A stretch of 64,000 nucleotides of DNA from Alphaproteobacteria bacterium (GCA_046317875.1 JBKCVN010000011.1:10898-74897); one strand, 5' to 3'; counted from the first letter of the stretch, positions 10,996 through 21,430 are shown. Notes: generated by a model not told the origin, from the sequence alone. Numbers and translations: made by a program.

Positions 10996-11919
10996 TTATA
11001 TAGGGTTATTAGGCTCTTCTTCTTTGCGTAATGACATTCCGAAACTAAACAGCAAAGGCGCGGCCAGGCAAATCGAGGAGTATGTTCCTACCGCAACTCC
11101 GATCAAGATGGGCAGGCTGTATTCTGCAATCACTTTGCCGCCAAACAAAAAAAGAACCAGCAGGGCTAGCAAGGTCGAGCTAGAGGTTAGAATGGTACGA
11201 GTCAAAGTATCATTAATGGATTTATTAATAAGATCCTCAACTTTGGCGATTTTATATTTTCTTAAATTTTCTCGAATACGATCATAAATAACCACCGTAT
11301 CGTTAATGGAGTAACTGATTGTGATCAAAATAGCCACAATAGCTGAAGAATTAAATTCAAATCCAAACACAGTATAAAGGCCAAAAACAGCAATGGCGTC
11401 ATGTAACAGGGCCAGCATCGCGCACACCCCAAAGTTCCATTCGAAACGAATCCAAATATAAATCATCATGGCCAAAATGGCCCATCCCACGGCTTGGAGA
11501 GAGTTTGAAATTAACTCTTGGCCCATTTTGGGGCCCACATTTTCAATCCGACGATATTCCACATCTGTGGGTAGGGCTTCTTTTATCTTTCCAATCACCA
11601 CAAGTTGTTCTTTTTCATCTCTATTTTTTTGGTCCAATCGAATCAAAAGATCCTGATTCGTCCCGAACTCTTGAAGTGAAATTTCTCCAATATTTAGATT
11701 ATTTAAGTCTTGTCTGATTTTACCAAGTTCGATGGGGGAAGAAAATCGAGCTTCGATAAGAGTTCCCCCAGAAAAATCGATTCCATAATTTAGGTTATTA
11801 ACAAAATAGGCCCCGATAGCGGCAACCGAAATTAAGCCAGAGACGATATAGTTGATAAACCGTAAACGGATAAAATTAATTTTCAAGTTTGAGGAGTTGA
11901 ATTGAAGACCTGCGAACAT
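10996..11919 (-). CDS. secF: Protein translocase subunit SecF
   Basis: 307 aa. SecD/SecF family membrane topology and conserved C-terminal TM bundle. Sits directly downstream of secD. Confidence 0.9.
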   Translation of the reverse strand: MFAGLQFNSSNLKINFIRLRFINYIVSGLISVAAIGAYFVNNLNYGIDFSGGTLIEARFSSPIELGKIRQDLNNLNIGEISLQEFGTNQDLLIRLDQKNRDEKEQLVVIGKIKEALPTDVEYRRIENVGPKMGQELISNSLQAVGWAILAMMIYIWIRFEWNFGVCAMLALLHDAIAVFGLYTVFGFEFNSSAIVAILITISYSINDTVVIYDRIRENLRKYKIAKVEDLINKSINDTLTRTILTSSSTLLALLVLFLFGGKVIAEYSLPILIGVAVGTYSSICLAAPLLFSFGMSLRKEEEPNNPI

Positions 11920-11930
11920 ATGCCGTATCC

Positions 11931-13502
11931 CTAAATAAGAAGCGTTTTTTGTTGGCCGCGCCCCTTAATCCATAAAAGAATTAAGACGCGGCTTAAAGAA
12001 ATGGCCGTAAACATGGAAATTAGAATTCCTAATGCTAATGTGACGGCAAATCCCCTGACAGGGCCATTCCCAAATTGATACAGAAGGGCTGCCCCAATAA
12101 GAGTGGTGATGTTAGAATCAAGAATGGTGGCCATGGCACGATTATATCCAGATCCAATGGCGGACAAAGGCGGCATTTTCTCTTTTACTTCTTCTCGGAT
12201 GCGCTCATAAATTAAAATATTGGCATCCACAGCCATGCCTAGGGTCAATGCAATGCCTGCGATGCCTGGCAAGGTTAAGGTTGCTCCTAACAGGGCAAGC
12301 CCCGCAAACAACAAGATAAAATTTACAAACAGGCAAATATTGGCAATTGTTCCAAATAGGGTGCCATAAAAAATAAACATAAAAATAAAGACGGCTACAA
12401 TAGAAATAAGGGTGGCCATTTCCCCGGCTTTAATCGAGTCGGATCCCAATTCTGGACCCACTGTTTTTTCTTCTAAAATAGTGAGAGGCGCAGGCAAGGC
12501 ACCAGCCCTTAACAGAACAGCTAAGTTGCGTGCTTCGACTAAGGAGAAACGACCTGTTATGACACCCCGACCACTGGGGATAACGCTTTGAATAACGGGT
12601 GCACTGATTACTTTTTTATCCAAAACAATAGCGAAAGGACGCCCAATATTGTTTCGTGTGATATCGGCAAATTTGCGGGCCCCTATGGCATCGAAACTAA
12701 ATGTCACTTGGGCTTCGCCTTGAGAATCAGCACCAGCATTTGTCAACATCTCGCCACCCAATTCCACATTTTTTTTAACCAAATAGAAAGAGGGGTTTTC
12801 AAGATCAGAACCTGGGAGAATTTCGTACCCTAGGGGTGCAGGTCGACCCCGGAGCGATTCTGCGGTAAGGGTGGGGTGGACTAATTGAAAGGTGAGTTTC
12901 GCCGTTTTACCCAGTAAGTTTTTTACTTCTGTAGGGTCGTTAACCCCTGGCAACTGAACAAGGATTCTATTTTGACCTTGTTTTTGAATAGAAGGTTCCT
13001 TGGTGCCCATTTCATCAATACGTCGTCGTACAATTTCAATGGATTGGATGATAGCATTTTCTTCTTTTTCTTGGATAAACGAAGGTTTCGGAGTTACAGA
13101 AACAGAACCATCTTTGTCGATATCCACCATGACTTCTGGGAACAAATTACGAATAATACTTTTCGCACTATACGCATCATCTAATGACCGGAGTTTAAAA
13201 CGTAAAATGTTTTGGTTATCAAGCTTAAGATCAAAGTATCCTAAACGGTTTTGGCGGAGTGAACGCCTTAGTTCGTCCATCAGGGAAAGAAGGCTATCTC
13301 GACCCACTTCTTTTAGGTCGACTTCCAAAAGAATGGAAGATCCACCCTGAAGATCAAGCCCCAAAGATAGGGGAGTCACAGGTAAAAAACTAGGCAGTTT
13401 TTCTAATACATGGCGGGGCATGAAATTTTGTGCAGCAAACCAAGAACCTATTAAGCAGATTCCCATAGTAAGGGTGACACGCCACCGGGCCAAATGTTGC
13501 AT
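11931..13502 (-). CDS. secD: Protein translocase subunit SecD
   Basis: 523 aa. Large periplasmic domain plus C-terminal 6-TM SecD signature. Part of the yajC-secD-secF order. Confidence 0.9.
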   Translation of the reverse strand: MQHLARWRVTLTMGICLIGSWFAAQNFMPRHVLEKLPSFLPVTPLSLGLDLQGGSSILLEVDLKEVGRDSLLSLMDELRRSLRQNRLGYFDLKLDNQNILRFKLRSLDDAYSAKSIIRNLFPEVMVDIDKDGSVSVTPKPSFIQEKEENAIIQSIEIVRRRIDEMGTKEPSIQKQGQNRILVQLPGVNDPTEVKNLLGKTAKLTFQLVHPTLTAESLRGRPAPLGYEILPGSDLENPSFYLVKKNVELGGEMLTNAGADSQGEAQVTFSFDAIGARKFADITRNNIGRPFAIVLDKKVISAPVIQSVIPSGRGVITGRFSLVEARNLAVLLRAGALPAPLTILEEKTVGPELGSDSIKAGEMATLISIVAVFIFMFIFYGTLFGTIANICLFVNFILLFAGLALLGATLTLPGIAGIALTLGMAVDANILIYERIREEVKEKMPPLSAIGSGYNRAMATILDSNITTLIGAALLYQFGNGPVRGFAVTLALGILISMFTAISLSRVLILLWIKGRGQQKTLLI

Positions 13503-13521
13503 TCTATTACCTGTTTTTTAG

Positions 13522-13839
13522 TTATTTTTTCTTTTTTGGTTTTTCAATAACCGTTGTTTCTGTGGGAACATCGGTGGAAAGCAAAGCAGATACCATTTGT
13601 TTGGCCACAAATACATTGGTATTATGAGCAACTGAGAGCTCGAGTTCACCTTCTGTAACCTTAAGAACCGTACCAATAAGTCCCCCGCTCATCACAACCC
13701 GATCACCTTTTTTAAGACCAGAAATCATGTTCTGATGTTCTTTTGCTTTTTTGCTTTGGGGCCGGATGACCAAAAAATACATCACCACAAAAATAAGAAC
13801 CAGAGGCAGAATGCTCATAAAATCGAAGGCAGGTTTCAT
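13522..13839 (-). CDS. yajC: Preprotein translocase subunit YajC
   Basis: 105 aa. Single TM followed by the YajC motif (QSKKAKEHQNMISGLKKGDRVVMSGGLIGTV). Confidence 0.85.
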   Translation of the reverse strand: MKPAFDFMSILPLVLIFVVMYFLVIRPQSKKAKEHQNMISGLKKGDRVVMSGGLIGTVLKVTEGELELSVAHNTNVFVAKQMVSALLSTDVPTETTVIEKPKKKK

Positions 13840-14125
13840 TGATTTAAATCTCCATATGTTGAGCTATAATAGGTATCATGTTTAAGTCAGCCTCTCAACA
13901 AAAATTGTATCCGTGAGTCAAGAGCTCAATATTTGTTTCTTAATATTTCCAAAATTGTTCATAAAGCTTGAAACAAAAAATCGCAAAAAATAGTGGTGAA
14001 TAATAAAAAAAGAGGCAAGTATTTTTAAGCGTCTCATGGGTTTTTTAAGATATTCCACCACGTTTTTATATTATCATGAAAATTAATTTCAGACAGAACT
14101 ATTGAAGACTATGTATGGACTATGA

Positions 14126-14643
14126 TTGATTAAAAGGTTTTTTGCTTGCAAAGCTTTAATTTTAGATAAATTCTTCTTTGAAGAAAATTGGGTAGAGCAT
14201 GACCATGAGCAGTTTTTAAGAATACAAAAATCTATTGTGAACCACGATGCAAGGATTATAGATGGGAACTGTATCCATTCGCTTGAGGTGCGGTAAAAGA
14301 AGCAGATGTCGTTTTATATTTTAACTATTGGCCTTGCCTCTGTTTATTAAGAATAATAAGAAGATTATTTCATAAAAATCATAAAATAGATAATCGAACC
14401 CCTGGATGCTTTGAGAAAATAATTTTTTCCTTAATAAAATATCTTGGGAATTTCGAGGCACGCGTAGCCAGCTTTATTCATTCCCTTCATAATCAATATC
14501 TTCATAGAGTGTTTATAGAAATACGCAACGATCAACCGCTTGAAAAATTGAAAGCAGAAATTTTGTCTTTTAAAAAGACTGGAAGTATGGGCCCAGGATT
14601 TTTAGCCAGAAAAATTCAGAGCTTTTACTTTAAACTAGAAATT
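14126..14643 (+). pseudogene. Putative decayed gene: two protein-like reading frames joined by a frameshift, no ATG start
   Basis: Frame a is open from 14126 to the stop at 14294-14296 (..LDKFFFEENWVEHDHEQFLRIQKSIVNHDARIIDGNCIHSLEVR*). Frame b is open from 14287 to 14640 (..IKYLGNFEARVASFIHSLHNQYLHRVFIEIRNDQPLEKLKAEILSFKK..). The frame switch falls at about 14285-14296. Both frames were read by hand. Confidence 0.3.
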
Positions 14644-14674
14644 TAGTGTTTATATTCGTATATTAAGAAAAATT

Positions 14675-15601
14675 TTGATAGCAACTTGTTATTTTTTGAA
14701 AAAAGCCTATCGGTTTTTCAGTTTAACCCTATTTTCGGAGCATTGTCCTGTGATTTTTGGTACAAAAAGTATTTGGAATCTTTTGTTGGTTTTTATGTTT
14801 CTTGTTTCAGGATGTTCTGAAAACAGCTCTTTTCACCCCGAACGGCGAAAACTTTTGGATCAGTTGGTGGCCCATTTAAGAATTTATTCCGTTTCAGATG
14901 AAAATGGTGAACTGCCTTTAAAAAGAATCGGACGCGATTATGATGGCGGGTATGTGGTGGCGGAAAAATCACTGACTGCGGCAGATGCCCTGATGGGATA
15001 CGGTATTGCAGATGATCCTTCGTTTGAGGAAGCCTTTTCAGACATTTATCAGAAGCCTTCTTATGGGTTTGATGGGGGTGTGAAAAATGTTGCCTCGAAG
15101 AACAAGTTGTTCACTTTCTTTAGTGAATGTATCTCCAGTGATCAATTTTTGTATGGCAACCAAACCTCGTCTGGTAAAGTTTCTACCTTTAAGCAACAAA
15201 TAGAAAGATTGGGGTTAAAAAATAAAAAAATCTTTATCAAGATGGATATCGAAGGGGGCGAATATGAAGCCTTCCCAGATATTTTGCCCTATGCCGATCA
15301 GATTACGGGGATTGCGTTTGAACTACATTTTCGATCATTAGAGGCGCTTCGAAAAGCACTGAGCCTTCTCACAGAGATAGAAAAAAATTTCATATTGGTG
15401 CACGTGCACGGGAACAACTCGGGCCGGCTCTTCTCGGCCAAGGGTATGAAAGGAGAAGCCCCTTATGTGATGGAGCTCACTTATATTAACAAAAATCTTG
15501 TGACGGTGGCTCATCTTTCTAAAAATCAAAAACATCCCCAGAGCTTAGATATGCCAAATATCCCTTCTAGGCCTGACCGAGAGTTTGAAATTTTAATCTA
15601 A
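14675..15601 (+). CDS. FkbM-family (Methyltransf_21-like) methyltransferase-fold protein with a lipoprotein-type signal
   Basis: C-terminal motif IKMDIEGGEYEAFPDIL..GIAFELHF is typical of the FkbM family. The N-terminus carries the hydrophobic segment ..LLLVFMFLVSGC with a lipobox. The start codon is uncertain. Confidence 0.55.
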   Translation: MIATCYFLKKAYRFFSLTLFSEHCPVIFGTKSIWNLLLVFMFLVSGCSENSSFHPERRKLLDQLVAHLRIYSVSDENGELPLKRIGRDYDGGYVVAEKSLTAADALMGYGIADDPSFEEAFSDIYQKPSYGFDGGVKNVASKNKLFTFFSECISSDQFLYGNQTSSGKVSTFKQQIERLGLKNKKIFIKMDIEGGEYEAFPDILPYADQITGIAFELHFRSLEALRKALSLLTEIEKNFILVHVHGNNSGRLFSAKGMKGEAPYVMELTYINKNLVTVAHLSKNQKHPQSLDMPNIPSRPDREFEILI

Positions 15602-15678
15602 ATTATAACCCTTCTTATTTGCCTGCGGAAAAAAGGTAATTTTTATTTTTCTTCCTTTGTGGTGAGATCTTTTCTACA

Positions 15679-16170
15679 TTGCCGTGCATGGATAAAGCTT
15701 TCGACCCCAAAGAATATTATTGGAAAAGCGACATCGATTATCGCTTGCACCCGGAACTTTATCGGGTGGGGAAGGGCGAGCAGGGAGTCCTTTTGTGCGA
15801 ACCTTATAAAAGTGAAATCCTTCCTTTTTGGGCTTTTAAAACCCCTGAAATTGCAACTCAAAGCAGTGAAAAAATTTTCTCTTTGTTCCACGTCTATTTA
15901 GAAAATAATGATTTTGTAGGCGCTGACATGGCTCGTAAGTTTCTACAGATGGGGTTTACACGTGCCCGACGGTATACGAATTACAAAAGCGGTAAAAAAT
16001 ATGAAGAGACCAAAGAATTGCCTGTGGGCACTGGCGACCCGATCAAAGCTAAATGTGCGCATATATTTTATAAGAAATGGAAAGAAGCCGAGTCATGTTC
16101 TGCCTATGAGAATCAAAAAAAAGCATGGAAAGCCAAATATGCACAGCGGTCTTTGACCAGTAAAATATAA
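15679..16170 (+). CDS. Conserved hypothetical protein, DUF4385-like (recalled pattern, not verified)
   Basis: 163 aa. Motif HPELYRVGKGEQGVLLCEPYKSEILPFWAFKTPEIA..FVGADMARKFLQMGFTRARRYTNYK matches my recollection of DUF4385. Basic C-terminus. Confidence 0.5.
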   Translation: MPCMDKAFDPKEYYWKSDIDYRLHPELYRVGKGEQGVLLCEPYKSEILPFWAFKTPEIATQSSEKIFSLFHVYLENNDFVGADMARKFLQMGFTRARRYTNYKSGKKYEETKELPVGTGDPIKAKCAHIFYKKWKEAESCSAYENQKKAWKAKYAQRSLTSKI

Positions 16171-16217
16171 AGCTTGTCAAAACCCATACAAATGTAGATG
16201 TCTTGGCCATAAAAAAA

Positions 16218-16242
16218 CCCCTGGTAAATACCAGGGGTTTTT
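16218..16242. terminator. Bidirectional intrinsic terminator (CCCCTGG-taaata-CCAGGGG flanked by an A-run and a T-run)
   Basis: Perfect 7-bp stem with A7 upstream and T5 downstream. Sits between the convergent 15679..16170 (+) and cspA (-) genes. Confidence 0.6.
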
Positions 16243-16262
16243 AAAGGTTTGGAAACGCTTTA

Positions 16263-16466
16263 TTAGATCAGTTGTAAATTTCCAGCTGATTGTTTGCCAC
16301 GATCACTGATGATCTCGTAGCTTACGCGTTGTCCTTCATTAAGGCCTTTTAAGCCTGCTTTTTCCACAGCGCTTACATGCACAAAGACGTCTTTATCTCC
16401 GTTTTCTGGAGCGATAAATCCATAACCTTTTGTAGGATTGAACCATTTTACTGTACCGTTTGCCAT
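16263..16466 (-). CDS. cspA: Cold-shock protein (CspA family)
   Basis: 67 aa. [32 protein letters not shown], containing the RNP1 and RNP2 motifs. Confidence 0.9.
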   Translation of the reverse strand: MANGTVKWFNPTKGYGFIAPENGDKDVFVHVSAVEKAGLKGLNEGQRVSYEIISDRGKQSAGNLQLI

Positions 16467-16649
16467 AATAATAATCCTTTCATTTGGCGTATCAAGAGCT
16501 GTGACTTGAATCTCTTCAAGACTAAGGTATTTATGAATTTTTTGGAAAAAGCCTTAAATATCTTACAACCGCTGTTGAAAACAGATTAACAAAAATACAG
16601 TAAACTGATTTTTCTAATAAAACCAGCTTTTTTTATTCTTTTATTAGTA

Positions 16650-18434
16650 TTAATTAGCTTTTTTGGGTGTAAACCCGTCGGAACTCCAGAATTCGCTGCC
16701 CACATAATGGCGTCCTACAAACAGACCCATAGGGTCATATTTTTGTTTAATAGATAGCAATTTGGGGTAATTAGGCCCCCAAGCGCGTTTTTGCCAATGG
16801 GGGGTAAAGAAATCCGATTCCGAGCTGTAAGCCCCCGCCTCCGGAATAAGGGTGCGTATTAGGCCCATGGCTTTGTTCACTTTTTCTGCCCCTTTTTTGG
16901 CATCCTTGACGTTGGGCTCATATCCCTTGATGCCTTTATAGGCTTTCTTTTGTCCGCTGACGGCTAGTAATAACCCAAATGAATCTATGGCGATGGGGTT
17001 AATGGCTGTTTTCTTAGCCAGTTCCTTAATGGCAGAGGCGCTGCCTGCCAAACCCTTTTGGAAATGGATTTCTATATCATTTAATCGGCTGGCTTGGAAT
17101 AAGGTTGATATAAAGCTGGATAATTTGTTAGGGCGTAACAGCTTTTCAGGCAGCCAAGCAGAATCATATCCATATAGATAAACATCCACCTCGCGGTCGT
17201 TGCCTTGCCACCAGAATCGTCCTTTAGGTGTATTCGATCTGGTATCCTCCACAATTGAATGGGGTAGGTATTTCGAGCGGTAATTGTAATCCCACCATTT
17301 TTGGGCAGGGACAAAAACAAAATGTGGATTGGCAGTGATTTCAAAATCTCCTGCTCTTTTTTTAATCCACTGAATAAAAGGCGCCCATATTTTTTCTGCT
17401 TGTTTTTGACTAAGTGTATGGCTAGTCATTGCAATTTCCAGAGTATTATCAGATTTGATTCGAATGTTCTCTCCCCAATAGGGATTCAGAAGACTATCTT
17501 TATAGAATATAAAGAACTGGGATAGTAATTTTTGGAAAGCTTTATCTGACCTGGATTTCACTGCCATATTAACGGCCCCGAAATAGGGGGGTAAAGGATG
17601 AGTTTTAAGGGTAATCTTGGTGATAACCCCAAAGGATCCGCCGCCCCCTTTTAAGGCCCAAAAAAGATCGGCATTTTTATGTGGGTTGACGGTTAATATA
17701 TTTCCTTCCGAAGTTACAATTTGGGCTTCCAGAAGATGGGATGCTGCAATACCCCACCCCTTAGAAAAACTGCCAAATCCTCCTGTTTGAATGAAACCTC
17801 CCACACCCACAGTGGTACATCCCCCACCTTGTACATACATGCCACCCTTGCTTACCACGGCGTCATATACCTCTAACCAAATGGCGCCTGTTTCAATGCT
17901 AACCGCTGGGAACCCTTTTTTATCGGGGCTGCCTTCAGGTGTAAAGTTTTTATGCAGTTTTATTCCATTCATTTTGTGTGTCCATAACAACAATGAATCG
18001 GGCCCGTTGGATTGACCTAAATAACTGTGTGCACCGCCTTTTACAACCAAACGCAAATTTTTTGTGCGGGCAAAATTAATGGTGGCTAGAACATCTTGGG
18101 GGTTCTTCGCTTCTACGACATATTGGCTAAGCTTGGAATCCCAGGCTTTGAACCACCCGCTGGTTTGGGTAGCGCCTGCTTGGTCCTGGATATAGAAAGG
18201 GTTTTTAATCAGGGACAGCACTTTGAAGCAGCTTTTACTGGCAGAATTTTTGCGGCAAGCTTCCAAAGGATCCTTAACAGCAAAGAGTCGCCCACCCACG
18301 TCTTTTTTCAATTGGGCCCATTCTGCAGCAGAAGGCCAGTTTTTATCAGAAGGTCGCACACGAGGTGCAAAGGAAGGGGTTGAAAACCCATTTGCCAATA
18401 TAAAAAAGAATGTAAAAATAATCGCCAAAATCAT
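16650..18434 (-). CDS. Secreted FAD-linked oxidase, berberine-bridge-enzyme (BBE)-like
   Basis: 594 aa with an N-terminal signal peptide. PCMH-type FAD-binding domain carrying GGAHSY (covalent-FAD His context). C-terminal BBE motif NYPKLLSIKQKYDPMGLFVGRHYV. Confidence 0.8.
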   Translation of the reverse strand: MILAIIFTFFFILANGFSTPSFAPRVRPSDKNWPSAAEWAQLKKDVGGRLFAVKDPLEACRKNSASKSCFKVLSLIKNPFYIQDQAGATQTSGWFKAWDSKLSQYVVEAKNPQDVLATINFARTKNLRLVVKGGAHSYLGQSNGPDSLLLWTHKMNGIKLHKNFTPEGSPDKKGFPAVSIETGAIWLEVYDAVVSKGGMYVQGGGCTTVGVGGFIQTGGFGSFSKGWGIAASHLLEAQIVTSEGNILTVNPHKNADLFWALKGGGGSFGVITKITLKTHPLPPYFGAVNMAVKSRSDKAFQKLLSQFFIFYKDSLLNPYWGENIRIKSDNTLEIAMTSHTLSQKQAEKIWAPFIQWIKKRAGDFEITANPHFVFVPAQKWWDYNYRSKYLPHSIVEDTRSNTPKGRFWWQGNDREVDVYLYGYDSAWLPEKLLRPNKLSSFISTLFQASRLNDIEIHFQKGLAGSASAIKELAKKTAINPIAIDSFGLLLAVSGQKKAYKGIKGYEPNVKDAKKGAEKVNKAMGLIRTLIPEAGAYSSESDFFTPHWQKRAWGPNYPKLLSIKQKYDPMGLFVGRHYVGSEFWSSDGFTPKKAN

Positions 18435-18565
18435 AGAAATACCCTGTTTTTATTTTAAGTGTATCATGGTTTATTAAAATTGATTTTTGTTTTTTTAAAA
18501 TAAAATTCTGTAAAAGAACCCTTGATTTTGTTGGGGGAAAATCATACGATCCGATCTCTTGTTTA

Positions 18566-18997
18566 GTGTTAAGGATTAAAAAATTGAAAATATTGAATTT
18601 ATTTATTATCTGTTTGCCTTTATCTGGATGTTCTGTTTATAAGGCAGCAGATAATCAGGGCGTGGATTTACATGATATTGAAAAATGTAACACGCGTTCT
18701 TGTCTTTTATCTCAGGGTCTAAAAATCATAGACTCACGAAAAACTCCAGAAGGCCAGTTTAATGAAACCTATCAAGGTTTGGCCAGAAAGTCGGGGGTAA
18801 ATTATCTGCGGGCAGGGGGACATGCTGTTCTTGATGTCTTTACTCTTGGCTTATGGGAAGTGGTGGGAACTCCTGTAGAAGGGGCAATTTCTAACAATCG
18901 TGGTTTTTGGGTGGTCCGTGCTAAGTATGCCGATGACATGTCTGAGACAGTTCAATCCATGTCCATTTATGCCCCTAATGGAAAGCAAGTCAAATAA
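18566..18997 (+). CDS. Hypothetical lipoprotein (143 aa)
   Basis: Signal peptide ending in the lipobox LPLSGC. No recognisable domain. Confidence 0.5.
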   Translation: MLRIKKLKILNLFIICLPLSGCSVYKAADNQGVDLHDIEKCNTRSCLLSQGLKIIDSRKTPEGQFNETYQGLARKSGVNYLRAGGHAVLDVFTLGLWEVVGTPVEGAISNNRGFWVVRAKYADDMSETVQSMSIYAPNGKQVK

Positions 18998-19009
18998 CTA
19001 ATATTACAA

Positions 19010-19032
19010 GGGGGGAAAGAGCATTCCCCCCC
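19010..19032. terminator. G6/C7 hairpin between convergent genes (putative bidirectional terminator)
   Basis: GGGGGG-aaagagcatt-CCCCCCC, followed by aaaaaaa then tcgttattttt. Confidence 0.4.
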
Positions 19033-19048
19033 TAGGGTAAAAAAATCG

Positions 19049-19573
19049 TTATTTTTCTTTTTTTGCTTTATCTTTTAAGGCTTTTTCTTTTTGACGATGG
19101 ATCGTAGTAGAAACGCCTATTTTGGCTATGGTTAAGGTCAATGCTAAGGTGTTTAATCTTTCTTTATTTTCTGGTAACTCCGCATTTGCAGCATACATGT
19201 TTACGATGGGAATGAATAAGCCCAGGCTAGCATCGGCTGTTTTTAACAACTTAGATGTACTTTCATCATAATAGGGGCTGAAGAGGCTGCCCACCATGGA
19301 GATTCCTGATAAGCTGGTGCTAATACATAGGCCAATTGTGTTGGATATGGGGGAGCTGAGGGCTAATAAATTTCCAAAAGCGGCCCCATAGTCTAAAACA
19401 AACGAAAGGTTTCGATGAAATCCTTCTTCCACTGTCTTTTTTTCCTCCATGCTCGGTGAATTTGGCACACGAGTAGATACAGGTGAACAGTTTTCTTGCT
19501 GGATTCTCTGAAAGTCAGGGCCAGCTAATGAAATAAAGGGTAGACAAAATAAAAATAGGATTTTTTTGAACAT
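19049..19573 (-). CDS. Hypothetical secreted protein (174 aa) with a Lys-rich C-terminus
   Basis: N-terminal signal peptide (MFKKILFLFCLPFISLAG). No recognisable domain. Confidence 0.5.
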   Translation of the reverse strand: MFKKILFLFCLPFISLAGPDFQRIQQENCSPVSTRVPNSPSMEEKKTVEEGFHRNLSFVLDYGAAFGNLLALSSPISNTIGLCISTSLSGISMVGSLFSPYYDESTSKLLKTADASLGLFIPIVNMYAANAELPENKERLNTLALTLTIAKIGVSTTIHRQKEKALKDKAKKEK

Positions 19574-19658
19574 TTTTTAAGCCTCTCGTTTGATGGTTTC
19601 CTAAGTATAGAATTGATCCACCATGAAAGACAATCAAAGAACAATAAAAATTAAATAT

Positions 19659-20606
19659 TTATTTGTTCTGGCCCAAAATTTCCATTAGTTCACGCCATTC
19701 CCGTTGGGACATGCCGGAAGATTCGGCAGATGGTTTTTGACCTGCAATCATTTGTTTTATGACATCTAATCCTTTGTCGGATAGATGTACCCCATTTTTA
19801 CGATAGGCCATAAAGGCTTCGTACGCCAAAGGTACCCATTTTTTAACCACATCCAGCATCACATCGGCATACGCCCGAATCTCGTATTGGGAATGAGAGT
19901 CTGCCCGTAACGCTAAAAAGTGTAATAAGTTGCTGAGATCAATCTTCCAATACCATTGGGTGTAAAAATTAACCGGCAGATTCATACGGGCCAGCTCGCG
20001 CGCCAGGCCACTTTTAGAATCGTCTAGTATGTTGCCCTGATTGTCATGGTTCAACAATTCTTGATAGGTATCATAGCATTGCATTGCATCACGCTTTAAA
20101 AGTTCCAAAGCACGGACCGCTTCTTCTCCTTTTAGCACAGCTCCACGGCCCTGATTGTTGATGGCCGATTGGGACGCCAGATGTTCAGGCGCGGGTAGAT
20201 AAAATTCTTTGTCTAATATGGAATAACGGGCCGAGTATTCATTCACATTAGCCGTACGGTGACGAATCCATTGGCGGGCCACGAACATGGGAAGTTTAAT
20301 ATGAAATTTAATTTCACACATTTCAAAGGGTGTATTGTGGCGGTGGCGCAATAGATAATTAATCAGCCCCCGGTCTTCCGAAACCTTTTTGGTGCCTTTG
20401 CCATAGGAAACACGGGCGGCTTGAACGATTGCGCCGTCATCCCCCATATAGTCAATCACCCGAACAAACCCATGATCCAACACGGGTAAGGGCTCGTATA
20501 AAATTTTTTCTAATTCTTCAGAAACCGGTCGGCATGTTTTTTTGAATTGGGACTGAAGGTCAAAAATTTCAGCATTTTGTGTTTTGGTTTCGGTTGATAC
20601 GGTCAT
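19659..20606 (-). CDS. thyX: Flavin-dependent thymidylate synthase ThyX
   Basis: 315 aa. ThyX motif RHRxxxxxE ([13 protein letters not shown]) and the family Y..S context. Confidence 0.9.
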   Translation of the reverse strand: MTVSTETKTQNAEIFDLQSQFKKTCRPVSEELEKILYEPLPVLDHGFVRVIDYMGDDGAIVQAARVSYGKGTKKVSEDRGLINYLLRHRHNTPFEMCEIKFHIKLPMFVARQWIRHRTANVNEYSARYSILDKEFYLPAPEHLASQSAINNQGRGAVLKGEEAVRALELLKRDAMQCYDTYQELLNHDNQGNILDDSKSGLARELARMNLPVNFYTQWYWKIDLSNLLHFLALRADSHSQYEIRAYADVMLDVVKKWVPLAYEAFMAYRKNGVHLSDKGLDVIKQMIAGQKPSAESSGMSQREWRELMEILGQNK

Positions 20607-20660
20607 GATTTTTCCTTTTATTAGATAGTATTGTAAGGATCTTGTAGAAAAAATAAAAGC

Positions 20661-20996
20661 TTATTTTGTAGTCAGTATGACTCCGGCAATAATAAAAGCG
20701 GCCCCCATAAAGAAACGGGGGGAGAGGGGTTCATTAAAAAAGTAATGACTAAGAATAGGCAAAACAACAAACGCAGAAGATACAAACATATAGGCCCGGC
20801 TTATGGGCAAAAATTGAAGCACATGAATCCAAGACAACATGGATAGGCCGTAACATGCCAAAGCGCATATGAAAAATGGATTTTTTGCCAAGTACAAAGG
20901 GTTTGGCAGGGTGTTTAGGATAAGGGCGCTTTTTTTTAATAAAAGTTGACCTAAGCAAAGGGTTGTAATAGAAAAAAACAAGAAAATATAAACCAT
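20661..20996 (-). CDS. Small DMT-superfamily membrane protein (EamA/ArnE-like, 4 TM)
   Basis: 111 aa, four hydrophobic helices. The C-terminal EamA-like segment is ..PLSPRFFMGAAFIIAGVIL. Confidence 0.55.
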   Translation of the reverse strand: MVYIFLFFSITTLCLGQLLLKKSALILNTLPNPLYLAKNPFFICALACYGLSMLSWIHVLQFLPISRAYMFVSSAFVVLPILSHYFFNEPLSPRFFMGAAFIIAGVILTTK

Positions 20997-21117
20997 GTGA
21001 ATACCATACTACTGGTTTTTTTTTTATTCAATGGAATAGTTCCTGCAGGTTGCCCCTTGACCATCCTGTTTGTTTAATGTATTCAAGGGTATTCAGAGTT
21101 TTTGAAAGGATACGATT

Positions 21118-21405
21118 ATGTCACGCGTATGTCAGATTACAGGTAAAGGTGTTATGGTTGGAAACAACGTGAGCCACGCGCACAACAAAACGCGCCGCCG
21201 TTTTTTGCCTAACTTACAACACGTTTCCTTGGCCAGCGAAGCCTTGGGCGTTTCTGTACCTGTTCGTTTGTGCGCCCGTGGGTTGCGTACAGTAGAATTT
21301 AAGGGTGGATTGGATGGATTTTTGCTAAATACAAAAAATGCCAAATTAACCCCTGAAATGAAAAAATTGAAAAAGAAAATTTTGAAAAAGCAAGGGGCCG
21401 CGTAA
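21118..21405 (+). CDS. rpmB: 50S ribosomal protein L28
   Basis: [34 protein letters not shown], the canonical L28 N-terminus. Confidence 0.9.
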   Translation: MSRVCQITGKGVMVGNNVSHAHNKTRRRFLPNLQHVSLASEALGVSVPVRLCARGLRTVEFKGGLDGFLLNTKNAKLTPEMKKLKKKILKKQGAA

Positions 21406-21430
21406 AGCGTCTTGGTTTGAGGTTATTTTT

